From: Octopus bimaculoides | Lineage: Eukaryota | NCBI RefSeq assembly: GCF_001194135.2 | Contig: NC_068991.1 | Location: 1,487,121-1,551,120 of the forward strand | Direction: 5' to 3' | DNA: 64,000 nt | Shown here: piece by piece, positions 1 to 13,570 of the stretch | Position numbering within the stretch: position 1 is the first letter of the stretch | Layout: each line of letters starts with the position of its first letter | The notes under the pieces: generated by a model | What the model was told of the DNA's origin: nothing | Seen by the model: the letters and a program-made list of their open reading frames with translations, nothing else | Database searches by the model: none | Translations under genes and position numbers: made by a program

Positions 1-347
1 AGATAAACATTAAATGTATTTCGCCGAAGAATCTGAGAGTAACAGTGTTTGTTTCAACTAGAGACAAACTTCATGTTGTAATCTATCCATCTGCAGCTTT
101 CTTATCTTTATATACAAAGTATTTCATAGTCTTGAGTAACACAAAGGGTACAAAGGCATGTGATAATATTTGCTTCTAAGACACATTGCATGTGTGTGAG
201 TGCGTGCGCGCGCGGGGGTTTCGTGCGCTTTTTTTTTTTATATTATGGAGAATTAGATAGAGAACAAAGAGGAAGAGATAAGAAGTGAAATACTGTTAAA
301 AATATAGAGAGGAAGAGATAATGAGAGAGAGAGAGAGAGGAAGAGAT

Positions 348-389
<42 letters not shown>

Positions 390-766
390 AAGAGAGGAAG
401 AGAGATAAAAGAGAGGAAGAGATAGAGAAATATTCCAACGTTCTTTATATCGATGTAAATAAATACACAAATATAGAAAAAAGCAATATGACCCAGAATC
501 AATATCTGATTGGTTTTCATGACCAATTCTAATATTTGTTTGATTTACAGCTCGGATGACTGGTGTGAATCTATCTATCTATCTATCAACCTGTCCATCT
601 ATCTATCTATTTATATCACAAATTACTATATAATATATATACTTTATATACATACATATTTACATACAAGCATATATACACTAGCACCCTTCGTCACTTA
701 AGTGGCGATTGAACTTGTTGCCTTTCGGTTGTAAATTGCAAATAACCACATTGATACTTTATATAT

Positions 767-1183
767 NNNNNNNNNNNNNNNNNNNNNNNNNNNNNNNNNN
801 NNNNNNNNNNNNNNNNNNNNNNNNNNNNNNNNNNNNNNNNNNNNNNNNNNNNNNNNNNNNNNNNNNNNNNNNNNNNNNNNNNNNNNNNNNNNNNNNNNNN
901 NNNNNNNNNNNNNNNNNNNNNNNNNNNNNNNNNNNNNNNNNNNNNNNNNNNNNNNNNNNNNNNNNNNNNNNNNNNNNNNNNNNNNNNNNNNNNNNNNNNN
1001 NNNNNNNNNNNNNNNNNNNNNNNNNNNNNNNNNNNNNNNNNNNNNNNNNNNNNNNNNNNNNNNNNNNNNNNNNNNNNNNNNNNNNNNNNNNNNNNNNNNN
1101 NNNNNNNNNNNNNNNNNNNNNNNNNNNNNNNNNNNNNNNNNNNNNNNNNNNNNNNNNNNNNNNNNNNNNNNNNNNNNNNNNNN
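767..1183. other. Assembly gap (N-run). Others: 2230-2536, 16442-16604, 30028-30152, 33803-33812, 35001-35569, 52927-53531, 54959-54988, 60895-61098
   Basis: N-runs, most of them abutting microsatellites. Confidence 0.99.
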
Positions 1184-1480
1184 TGTGTTTATATATATGT
1201 ACATGTATATATGTATATATATGTGTGTGTGTGTGTGTTTATATATATGTACATGTATATATGTATATATATGTGTGTGTGTGTGTTTATATATATGTAC
1301 ATGTATATATGTATATATATGTGTGTGTGTGTGTGTTTATATATATGTACATGTATATATGTATATATATGTGTGTGTGTGTGTGTGTTTATATATATGT
1401 ACATGTATATATGTATATACATGTATCCGTGTGTATGTGTATATATATGTACATGTATATATGCATTTATGGATATATAT
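1184..1480. repeat. Composite minisatellite, ~50-bp unit, about 5-6 copies
   Basis: (GT)n-TTATATATATGTACATGTATATATGTATATATAT repeated with variable GT length. Confidence 0.9.
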
Positions 1481-2171
1481 ATATATATATATATTAACAC
1501 CCGACGTAAATGTTGGCAGGTTGATTATTCTCTTGCCTTCTCTGTATACGATTTACATAGTGTACAGATAAGACAGCGGTTCTGAGAGAGAGAGAGAGAG
1601 AGAGAGGGGGGGATGAATTATAGAGGCAGAGTAGGAAGAGGAAAGTGAGCGAAATTTATAAGGCGCACTGTTTTCCTTTCTCAACATTGTGAAGTGGTTA
1701 CTGCAGGAATAAGACATGTGTTATGGAAAAATAAATAAAAATAAAAATAAAACACAAATATGACTAAAAAAAAATATTTTGAAATGGCCAATTCATTTCA
1801 ATTTCCTCATTTGTAAATGTTGCGCAAACTCGCAAGAAATGCTTTTTGTTTACATTTTGCAATGAGTTATCAATTTGCAAATTACTTCTACATCTTCTGT
1901 TGTATTATGTGCATAAAGGTGTGTGCATGTGTGTATGTTTATGTGCGTGTATATGTGCGTTTATGTATATATATACAGACCTAAATATAATACACACACA
2001 CACACACACACACACGTGTACGTATGTATGTATATATGTATGTATATATATATATGCATACGTACATATATATGTACGTGCATATATATACACGTACATA
2101 TACATATTTATATATACATATATATATACATACATACACATATATACATATGCACACAGATACATACACAC

Positions 2172-2229
<58 letters not shown>

Positions 2230-2536
2230 NNNNNNNNNNNNNNNNNNNNNNNNNNNNNNNNNNNNNNNNNNNNNNNNNNNNNNNNNNNNNNNNNNNNNNN
2301 NNNNNNNNNNNNNNNNNNNNNNNNNNNNNNNNNNNNNNNNNNNNNNNNNNNNNNNNNNNNNNNNNNNNNNNNNNNNNNNNNNNNNNNNNNNNNNNNNNNN
2401 NNNNNNNNNNNNNNNNNNNNNNNNNNNNNNNNNNNNNNNNNNNNNNNNNNNNNNNNNNNNNNNNNNNNNNNNNNNNNNNNNNNNNNNNNNNNNNNNNNNN
2501 NNNNNNNNNNNNNNNNNNNNNNNNNNNNNNNNNNNN

Positions 2537-2584
<48 letters not shown>

Positions 2585-2639
2585 ATGTCATCTTTCCAGA
2601 TATTACCCATACTCGCAAAAGTATATTGACAAACTGCCC

Positions 2640-2868
2640 AAACACATAGTTCCAGGGTTCGGTCTCACTCCTAGGCACGTTGAGCAAGCTCCTGTTACTG
2701 TAGCTATGGTTAGACCAGAATGTTGTATGTGAATTTGGTAGACGGGAAATGAACGAAGCCATTATGTGTATACATACGGATGTCGATTCATTCGACTAAA
2801 TCTCTCCGAGGCGGGACCCCGGTACAGCTACAGTCTAATGATTGACAGAAGCAAATGATAAGAGACAA
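2640..2868 (+). mobile_element. SINE family B, diverged
   Basis: GGTTC..GAGCAAG...GAATTTGGTAGACGG..GAAGCC...CGATTCATTCGACTAAA. Confidence 0.7.
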
Positions 2869-3769
2869 TTACTTTGCAGTGACGTTGCATGCACTGTTAT
2901 GCAAATTAAACTGGTAAGTTCCGTGAGTTTTAGTCTCGACACATTATAAATGGCTATAAGCTACTAATACTTTGTTCATAAGAGATAGACTGTTGCGTCT
3001 CTGGTGAATAGCAGCTAATTTACATAAATATACATACATACATACATGCAAGCATAGTATTTTGTTTTTATCGTTATTTTTCTTCGTCTTGTCTCTGATA
3101 AACTGCAAATTGTTCCAAATCAAACAGACCTATGATAAAAGCTGTTTCAGCCGCCAGCAACCCGTTCTTTACACGATTCCGAGGACTAAATTATCAATTT
3201 AGCACTTCATTATTTAATATCCTATTCAGTAATTCGAGGGAGGACTGGCTACACTTTCTAGTTTTGAAATGGGTGCGTTAAGCAAGGCATTTCAGCAGCA
3301 GAAATAGAATGCGACGATTATGAGTGCATCGTTTTAGGATCACCGTATTAACTCTATATCGAGCGCAAGACTGGTATAGCGATAAAGATAAAAGAACAAC
3401 AGCACCACCAACAACAAAAACAACAAATTGCTTACATCTTCGTAGGACATTATCTTCAGTTCATATCTTCTTGTGTTGGAATTGTTTTTGCTTCCAATTT
3501 CCGCCACAACAGGAACTTTGAACCATTGATTAAATTATTTGTCTTCAAGTAACTGTCAGAACGAATAATAATGTTCTAATATATTGGTTCTGAGTGATGG
3601 TGTGTTTTATTTGTTTTACAGAATTTGAATCGGGATTGGTGAACAATGGTTCCATTGTTTACAGGCTTCCAATAGGCCAAACATGGGGTCACTTGGTTCG
3701 TTGCATGTCACTTTTTTCGCTTATGTTTACAGTCGTCACTGCTAATATCGGTGAACATATACGCATATA

Positions 3770-3950
3770 TATATACATATATAAACACACACACACACAC
3801 ATATAAATATGTATATACACATACAAAAAATACATATATAAACACACACACACACACACATATAAATATGTATATACACATACAAAAAATACATATATAA
3901 ACACACACACATATAAATATGTATATACACATACAAAAAATACATATATG
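3770..3950. repeat. Composite minisatellite, ~55-60-bp unit, 3 copies
   Basis: AAA(CA)n-TATAAATATGTATATACACATACAAAAAATACATATAT repeated. Confidence 0.9.
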
Positions 3951-3966
3951 TATATATATATATATC

Positions 3967-4000
<34 letters not shown>

Positions 4001-6579
4001 GATACATATACACTCACAACTATCTATCTATCTATATATATATATATATATGCACTCATTAACCCATGCATAATTACATGTATATTGAAACATATACACA
4101 TGTATGCATATTTGTACATATATGCATACATAATACTCAAAGTCACATATACAAGTTGGTGAAATGACAGGATCTTTAGTGTATCGGAAGTAAAGCGATG
4201 TAGTCCTAGGTGCGGCTCTCTGTGTCCTAAGTTCAAATCCTGCTGACGTCAAATTTAATTTTCAACTTCCCCACCACACCACCAGGATCAATATAACTAA
4301 GTTACAGTTAAATCCGCGGTTTCCCAGTAAAAATATTTCAGGCTTTCTGACTATTTTGGAAACCATTTTTTTCTAAATGTGATTTTGTTTTTGGCAAAAA
4401 CGTATCAGTCTTTTTCCTTTCTTTCTTTTTGATTTTATATCTAATTTGCGATTGAATGACTTGGTAGAGATCATTGATTGATTGATGCGGTTCTTGCGTT
4501 TCGAGTTCAAATAATACCGGTTTCCATATTGTCTTCTATTCTTCTGGGGGGAATTTCCAGTCAAATGTGATCGGTGAAACGGTGGTTATTATTTTCTGAA
4601 ATATTTTCAGTTTCAATGAAAATACTCTAACTTTTGTATTCGAGAACTATCTCCTCATTGTTTTCCACCAAGTTGGACACACATACACCCACACATTCAT
4701 AAACACACACAAACAACACGCATATATTCACAGTCACATTCATAGTCCCACAAGTATCGGTTCAAATTTAGTTCTGCATTTATATCTACGATAGTCGTAA
4801 TAAATATTCAATTTCGTTTTAAAGAAAGTGATAATCTCATTTAATTCCGACAGAATCCTATTTTCCATAAAAACAAAACTAAATGGTAGACATTACAATA
4901 TCGAACTATTGGGATTCTTGCCTCTCTGTGGAAATGGCCACTTTCTGTAGTCAATTCTGCTTTAAAAAAATTAGTTTCCTTCATTGAAACATATTCTCAC
5001 AAAATGGAAATGAAATTTCATAAGTAACACAGAGATAACACATTCAAATATATGATAACGCTAAACACACACACGTTATATCTCTCATCCGCATATATCT
5101 ATATATACATATATATAGGCACAAACATATAACCACACGCTATCTCTCTTCTCTCCTTCACATATGTCATATCTGCATCGTTTGTATCCTCACACACACA
5201 CACACATACTGACAATCGTGCACACATAAGTATACGAAGTGGGTTGCGAGCACTTTAGGTTGTACATTACATTAGGAATCTATCTAATGACATTTCTGTC
5301 ACTTATTTGTCGATCTATATATGTGTGTGTATACTAATACAAATACATACATACGGAGACATCTGTATATTCATATAGATACATACATACATATATAGAC
5401 AGATACAGAGATACAGATGGATAGATTAGAAAGCATTTCGCCTGGCGTGCTAACGTTTCTGCCAGCTCACCACCTTTCTTTAAATGAATATTACACAATG
5501 TTTGTCTAATTCTGATGTTCCTTCTCTTCAAATCTATTTGCTGAACACATTCCTCACTTAACCTTCAACTCTTTCATTCTTATTTTCATTTGTTTTCTGT
5601 CCCATTGTCTGCTTCTAGGAATATTGCTAGTAGATGCCATAATTACGCACATACGAGCAAAACTAAAGAAGGCGCCTCTGATTTGTTAATTTCAGAGGTG
5701 TACATCTCAAGCAGTTGATTTGATGTGGGACCGTGTGTGGAAACTATTGCAGCGCGGATGACAAATATTAGACGTTCAAAAAGCCCCAACACTTCACACT
5801 TATAGATGAATTATTTGACGTCAAAATTTTCATCGCATCAACTGCGTCCCCATCATTGATATAATTCCGCTACATCTATTGTGAATGAAATTCAACAAAA
5901 ATCAAGTCAGTTGCAAAGGCAAGATGGTCATAATTAGAACGCTTATGATCATAGGTCTGCATAATTAAGGTTGAACTACGGTTAACAATCAATAACAAAT
6001 AGCAACATATATTTGCTCTCTTTAGATTATCTTTTATTCTCATTTGAACATAACAGGCGCAGACTACAATCTTCGCTCTCACTTGGCCAAATATGATCAG
6101 AAATAAAGACATTGAGACTGAGAAGAGATAATCTCCTCGGCTCCACTTCATTATTCAATTCTGTATTCTTCAGTTTCTTTAATAAAGATAATCACTCTGA
6201 TTCTGATAAATTACATCAACCGTGATTTATTGAGGTGATGTTGAGTGTGCGAACTAATGAAGTATATAAGTCTTTAACGACACGGTAGTCAGTTGTTTGT
6301 GTCGGTAACACTGCACACGTATAATGTCAAAAGCTTCCTCAGGGAAATTTCTAAATACTAACCTTTTAAAGATCATTCGGAAATTAGCATGGTATCTCTC
6401 TCTCTTTCCCTATCTATCTATCTATCTATCTATCTGTCTACTGGTCTTTCTCCCATACTTCTGTCTCTAATACTCTCATCAGTATGCACATACATACGCT
6501 TACACACATACCCATATGTATATATATTTGTGTGTGTGTGTGTATACATATGTATATATTTATATATATATAGTGTATG

Positions 6580-6620
<41 letters not shown>

Positions 6621-7739
6621 TGAGATATGTATATATAGTGTATATATATGTATATTCTTTCGAACAACGAAAGACACACACACACACACACACATATATA
6701 GTATCTCACAGAAGTATATCAAACCGCTAAAAATTTCACTAAAATTGCCATTACTCTGATAATATCGAAGGAAAACAAACGAAATGTATACTGAATGAAA
6801 TATATCGTACATGATGCAAACATTATACAAATTTGGAACACAAAACAATAAACATTTTCAAAGATATGAACAAAATATTAATTTTCAAACGCTACGAAAG
6901 TATGTACACCCTAAAGGAAATTTGCTATATTCAGTATTTTATCCATGGGGGGAGGTGAGGCGTGGGAGACCGGTCATAGGGGTCCTTTCTCCAGAACTGG
7001 TCAAGTATTGAGCGACGCGCTTATAGATTCCTCTCCCGGAAATTTGTTAGTTACGTACTAAACAACATTCGATGTGTATAATTTGCACTGCAGTGCAATA
7101 TAAATCTACTCTTGTAACTGTCTCTGCATTGTGACAATTATAAACAAATGAACTTATTTCTCTAAAGTTTAACCAGAAGAACGAAGACAGACACTGACAC
7201 CATTGATGAGATCATCCTGGTTTATATTCAATTGTCAACTGTGAATAAATCATTGGCAAGCTTCGGGATCAACTTCGTTTGGATGTTCTCAACAGTATTG
7301 AAAATCAGTGTCTTGCGACAAGTCTGTCCTTGTGTGGAGGAAGTAAATCAATAATATAAAGTAGAATATTAAATTACTGACATCTAATTGCTGTCTTATT
7401 ACATTAGTAATATTTATTACGATTCGTTTGGCGTTCCATTGGTGAAGATTCTGCAGCTGGTGTAATATAGCAGAGGTTAAGAATTGTCGAACTGGACATA
7501 TTTCCCAGGAGTGCTTCTCAATTGCATTCAAGATTACGAGGTTATATTATGGCAACACAACACACTTTTTCAATGCTTCTAAGGTTAATCACTGCGCATT
7601 ACTAAATACTAGACACGTATATATATACACACATATATATATACACATATATATACACACACATATATACACACATATATACATACATATTCAGTTCACT
7701 TTTCATCCAAAATTTGAAGATATATATATATATATTTGG

Positions 7740-7928
7740 GAGAATATACAAATAATAACAACAGACGAGGACAGGTGGTGTAAATAACAAAAGGATATAT
7801 TAGTATGACGCTCGGGAATACGGAAAGTCTTTGACGTTTCGAGCTACGCTCTTCAACAGAAAGAATACGGAGACAAGGAGAAAAACACGGAGAAAAAAAT
7901 TTGAATAGTGTTCAGTCAACGTCGCTCA

Positions 7929-7959
<31 letters not shown>

Positions 7960-9330
7960 TTGTCAACCACAATCAAACCTATTTCTCTCAGTATAGGCAT
8001 CAGGAAACTACTCTGTATGACTCAATTTGTTGTTATTTTCTCATTTTTACAAAGCTGTTACTTTCTAAGATTAATTCTTTAACTTTTTGTTGGGCCATTT
8101 CAACTGCTATGTCCCAGTTTCATTTGTTCTCCGATGTCAAGTGGTACTTTCTCTATATGTATACCTTCTTTTTAGCTCTAAGCCTGAATGTTGTGGATTG
8201 TATACTTCGTGCAGCTACCGGTCACTTTCGTATTATTCCAACCGCATCTCATTTGCTACTTGTGGTGGCTTCAGTTCTGCTTGGTGATTAGTGATCGGAA
8301 ATTTTTGGATGAAAGGTAGATCGAACCATATCATGCTTTTTTTTTTTGTGGGTATTGGTTAAGTAATCAAAACATTTTCGTTCTTTTTCCTGGATGAATT
8401 ATTGTAAAATAGGAGTTTTCCCTGTGAATTATTATACTTATTTGTTAATCTCTGGCAAACGCGTTCCTTTTTAGCGCTCATTATTTATAATTGGTGATAC
8501 ATTAAAGGCAGATAGAATTCTACAATGTTGATGTCCGTATTTTTAATCATTATATTTTCGAAGCAGGCGATGACTGAGGGCTGTTGATCCTTCTTACTAG
8601 TTTTGTTGCATGCCTAGTTTTGCAGTTCGATAACTTCTATGATTTTCCTATTCGCTAATTCTAATTATATATTCGCAGATTGATCAATATGAATTCGACT
8701 TTTGCTAAGGAATTGGTTGAGTGAACATTTAGTGTGAGGTATGATTGCATCTTACCATCCATTCTCTTCTGTATCCGTAAACTAGTGGCCATCTCTTTCA
8801 TTGATTTGGTCGGATATGATGCGCTTTACTTCTTGAAATTGTTCTTTAAAGTTGTTCGCAAGATTTTGGAAGGTGTCTTTCTTGCATACAACTATTTTAG
8901 CTGTGTTTCTGAAAAGTAATTTGATGATCGAGGTTGAATCTAACGAATCTATTATGACAAAAAGATTTGCGTTCAATAGTTTTGAATTTTTCTACGTCTT
9001 ATATTATTTTGGTTAATTGTTTCTTCGAAAGCAAACTGTTCTTATGTGTTTGTGTGGTCGTTGATTTTCTTTTCGCGACATTCTTTTACATATCTATTAC
9101 TTTTTCAATACATTACAAGTATCGTTTCCTTACTGGGATTAGGATGTCTTTCTTGATTTCGCCCCATCCCGTGCTCAGACTGCAGAAACATTCCATATTC
9201 AAATTACTTCTCGGTTGGTAAATACCGCTGGATCTCATGGCGATTGTTTGTACATTTAAATGTTGTAGTTTATTGACAAAACTGGAATAGACTATCCAAT
9301 GTATGTTGTACATTACATTGCATTTTCAAT
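7740..9330 (-). mobile_element. Decayed Penelope-like element (RT, GIY-YIG, terminal repeat)
   Basis: Minus-strand remnants lie in the expected order. An RT-like region covers 9.2-8.8 kb, IWFDLPF (~8311-8332) resembles IWFNPPY, KKVYI* (~8153-8171) and CLY*EK resemble the GIY-YIG YIG and CxLCLxEK motifs, and a terminal repeat with ...GAAGAGCGTAGCTCGAAACGTC... follows. Many stops and frameshifts. Confidence 0.75.
7828..7864 (-). ncRNA. Variant minimal hammerhead-like motif in PLE terminal repeat
   Basis: UCUUU-CUGUUGA-A-GAGC-GUA-GCUC-GAA-ACGU-C-AAAGA. Stems I and II pair and stem III is palindromic, but the core has A6 changed to U and one extra A. Confidence 0.55.
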
Positions 9331-11972
9331 TTCTTTTTCTTTTTTCGTGGCTCAATTTTGACGTCATTGATATCGTCAGTTGGGAGTATTTGTATTAATG
9401 TTGTATATATATATTGGAGAGAAATCATTCTTCTGTGAGTGGCTATCGTTTGTATTAATGGAGACCACTGTAAACAGATTACGGACACAGAAACAAACCA
9501 GTGAAAAAAATAGAACAATCAACGAATTGACAAATCAAACAATGACAACCATATATTAGGAAATGTCTTAATAAAATAGCATTAGAAATCAGTCAGGAAA
9601 ACGGTAACCAAAGACAAAAGACTGAACTCGCTTCAATGTTTGTAAAACCTGCTCAAATCCTGAAGTAAGATGATTGCCATGGCGTGAAACTCACTCATTT
9701 TAAATAAGCAAACTATTCTACCCATTGTGTCAAATATTTTAGTTTACTTGACAAACGGGCAACATGTAAACCTCTCCGCACACATACGCGGGTATATATC
9801 TTTTCCTTTGATTATATTAACGTTAGTAATTCGGCTATGTCCATGTCGCTGCACCGTTTATGATGCACACATAGACATATACTTACACACACACACAACG
9901 AGTATGTATGTGTATATATAAACATGTATCTATAAGAGAAAGAAAGCTCAAAGCTTTTGAGCTTGAATGGATAAAGAGATGAACACGTATAGACTTCTGA
10001 CTTCAAGTGGGTTACATTAAAGGCATCCGGGAACCAGATGGCGATGTTATACGAGACGATAGACTAAGTCTATTCGAATATGCTTTTACAATAACATTAA
10101 TATATTTAAGATAATGCGATAATAAATGGATTTTATGAGTAAAGCAGTTGGGTTAGTATAAGCTTTAAGGTTTTAAATTCGACCAATATATTTCATTCAG
10201 GGTACGTAGCGTGGGAAGAATGTAAGGGTTAAGATCAATAATAGAAACTACAGAACGTTTTATAAATGTGGATTATTTGATTAGATTTCAACACTTTCAT
10301 TTCTTGAACTAATTTTTCTGATTTGGTGACTTTCATTTTGTTTGTTGTTTTTCAGCTGAATATAATCTCCTTTTTATTTATGGTAACCTTATTTGGGTTT
10401 ACAACAAAGGGAAATCAATTGGTAATATGCCACCATGATCATCATCACCATCATCATCAAATATTTAACAACTACTGAACCAAAAATAATGTGTGCGTGC
10501 GTATATGTGAGGAAGTGTGTATGTCTATATATATATATATATATATATATCAATAATAAGAATTACGAAGTAGCATTACCATTACCTTTAATTCCTTTTT
10601 ATGTATATACTAGCTGGCACCGTGCCGTCAAAAATGACAGCTAATTGTAGTATTTTATAAATAAATATGGATGATAAATCAAATTAATACACTTGTCAAT
10701 ATTCACATACACATACTTCCCTTGTACACGCCCCTCTTCCTTTCTAATTCATATGTTGTGACGGAGAAAAACACAAGAGTATTATTATAGTAGAAATACA
10801 ACTTCAAATAGCCCTACACATGTAGAGAGAGAGAAATGTGTGAGGGTGTGATTGCGCTATTTAATCATTTCTACAAAATCATAAAATAAATTACATTATA
10901 ATTACAAATATATTTTAAGGAAATAAATGGAAAATTGTCAAATAATTTCCTAATACAAGATATATTCCTTTCCTTATTTTAGAATTCTTCCAGAAGCAGA
11001 AATGTGATTAGTTTATTTTATTCATTTATTTTATTTTATTTTTTGTCGTGAATTTTCCCTGTAAAAGTACAAAATACCTTTTTTCTTTTTTGAGGAATAA
11101 TCAGACAGGAAATATTCTATTCCTGAAACTCTACAGAAAAATCCTAACAGCAATTAATCTCACGAATTCAAAAAGCTCGGTAGAATTACCATTATGCTTT
11201 ATTTTGCAATACTTTCGTTGTGTTGAGTGAAAAAGGAATTAGAGGGGAATTAATGAAACTGATTTTAAGGCTGCAGTTTTGCACTTTTATCTGCTTCGAA
11301 TTATTCAATCAACGTTTTGAATCACATGAAAAATAAATTGTCAGTTAGTATCTCTTAATTAAAATGATGCCCAGCATCGTCACTGGAATACAAATGGTAT
11401 TATTGTAGTTGTGGTGGTTGGTATTATAATTCAGCACCTGCTGAAGCCTGATTCCGTAAATCTATTATCAAAGGTATTCCCATCCTCGTCTCTTGATATA
11501 TTTAGAAATACTATAGTTTGCACTGTGTCAGTAGCGTGTTGGTAAGGGGGGAAATTGTAGGATCCTATTTGTTATTTTAAAGAGCTTAGCAGACCACCTA
11601 CATACCCCGCTCATGGAATCGCAAATAATTCGACGGGTATTTATCGGAAACTTAATGTAGACGTAACTAATTAGTTATTATACTAAATAGTTCTAGTACA
11701 TTAATTACTTGATTACAGTACAATAACTAATTATCATTACTAGTAATTAATACAATACAATTAATTGGCTATTTATCGAACTCAATTCGTGAATGTTCAA
11801 TTCTGACTCCGCTGGAAGGATGACATACAACGTTGTTGCCGGAGGTAAGGATGTTAACAAGTAAAATGATATCGAATTTTGGCTCAACTTCTGCAAATTA
11901 GAGAAGGAGAAAGCAAAGCGCTCGACTGGTAACAACAACAACAAACAAAGAACACAGATAATAATAATAATA

Positions 11973-12251
11973 ATTCTTTATACGATTGGCACAAGGCCTG
12001 AAATTTGAAGAAGGTTGATATTTGATTACATCAACCCCAGTGCATAACAAGTACTTATTTCATCGACCCTGAAAGGAATAATAATAATCCTTTCTGTTAT
12101 AGGCACAAGGCTTGAACTTTTGGGAGCAGCGACACCACTATTTCGCTGGTACTTAATTTATCGACCCCAGCGGATTTTGAACTCAGAATGTCAAAGCGGA
12201 GGAAATGCAGCTAAGCATTTTGCCAGACGTGCTAATGATTCTCCCAGCTCG
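11973..12251 (-). mobile_element. SINE family A (body motif GCCTTTCATCCTTTCGGGGTCGATAA), 3' part duplicated
   Basis: Shares ATCGACCC..GAAAGG and GAACTCAGAA...CTAAGCATTT...GCTAATGATTCT.CCAGCTCG with the other copies in the window. Confidence 0.75.
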
Positions 12252-12879
12252 ATTCTGTCATAATAATAGGTTCTAGTGTACCCATATTGATGGGTAACGC
12301 GTTATTTTTAGTCGATTGAACCAAGTTTCTAATCGGTATCTTTTGTTTTACTGGACTTGGGACCCAAATTAAAGCCGTCTTCGTTGGTCGAGTGCCGAAC
12401 TTAACAAGCAAGACTAAGGGAATAAATACCTCTTGGTTCTTACTCCGTCAATCTACCGCCTGTGTCAGTCCATTTTCGCACAGGAATGACAATGGTGATG
12501 GTATTTGCAATTGCTTTTAATAGCAATTCAAATCGAATTATTATCTTTGGAAATATTCCAATTTAAATTTGTCCATTATATTCAGTTAATTTGTTCAGTG
12601 TAAAGTTATAGATTTTTTTTCAGTTTCAAAGTAATTTGCTACACTATTGAGTTAACGGATTATTATTTTAATTATGTCAGATAAAAATATAAATAGTTCC
12701 ATGTATATGGAAGGTGGAGAACTGGGTTTTGTTTATATTATTATAAAATAAAGTTCAATAAACAATAGATTTTAATGACTAAGAGTATGAAGGGGAGAGG
12801 GAGAGAAAAAAGAGGCGGTGTAATTGGCAATTTTTCTATATAATTATTGTGTGTGTGGGGGGTGGTGAAGGTGTGTATT

Positions 12880-13263
12880 CGTGGCACTCCGTCGGTTACG
12901 ACGACGAGGGTCCCAGCTGATATGATCAACGGAACAGCCTGCTCGTGAAATTAACATGCAAGTGGCTGAGCACTCCACAGACACGTGTACACTTACTTAA
13001 CGTAGTTCTCGGAGAGATTCAGCGTGACACAGGGTGTGTCAAGGCTGGCCCTTTTGAATACAGGTACAACAGATACAGGAAGAAAGAGTGTGAGAAAGTT
13101 GAGGTGAAAGAGTACAGAAGGGTTCGCCACCACCTCCTGCCGGAGCCTCGTGGAACTCTAGGTATTTTCGCTTAATAAGCACTCACAACGCCTGGTCTGG
13201 GAATCGAAACCGTGATCCTACGGCCGCGAGTCCGCTGCCCTAACCACTGGGTCATTGCGCCTC
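12880..13263 (-). mobile_element. tRNA-derived SINE family C, near full length
   Basis: The minus-strand head GAGGCGCAATGACCCAGTGGTTAGGGCAGCGGACTC...GGTTTCGATTCCCAGACC carries pol III A and B boxes. A diverged piece of the body recurs at ~55289-55385 (+). Confidence 0.8.
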
Positions 13264-13340
13264 AACTAGATGTGTATTATTCCTAAGCAGTTCGCTTCGC
13301 GACTATGTTGACTGGATTCGATCCCACTACAGCTAAGCGA

Positions 13341-13570
13341 GAGACCTACAAAACCCCTTGTAACACCAAACATGAACTGAAGGTAAGGATTATGGCAGCA
13401 TTCACCAACCTAAATAAGGAGTCCGTTGAGAAGAGTTACAGGAGATTCCGAAGTGGTCTGGAGGCCGTAGTTGAAGCGAATCGCGAATAAATTTCCTCTT
13501 CAATATTTCAAGATGGTTTTTATGTAATTTCGGTAACTAAATCTGTTAATGAGATAGAAGTGTTATTTTC
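13341..13570 (+). mobile_element. Tc1/mariner transposase C-terminal fragment and 3' flank
   Basis: ETYKTPCNTKHELKVRIMAAFTNLNKESVEKSYRRFRSGLEAVVEANRE (to 13490) matches the typical Tc1/mariner C-terminal pattern 'xxLKxxIxxAWxxLxxxxxxxxxxxFxxRLxAVIxAxG'. The catalytic domain is absent. Confidence 0.8.

Noticed and set aside
7083-7098. 16-bp palindrome TTGCACTGCAGTGCAA
   Set aside because: Isolated, with no associated structure, so it was not pursued.
13192-13263. tRNA gene (also 52279-52350)
   Set aside because: A and B boxes are present but there is no complete cloverleaf, and each continues into a SINE body.
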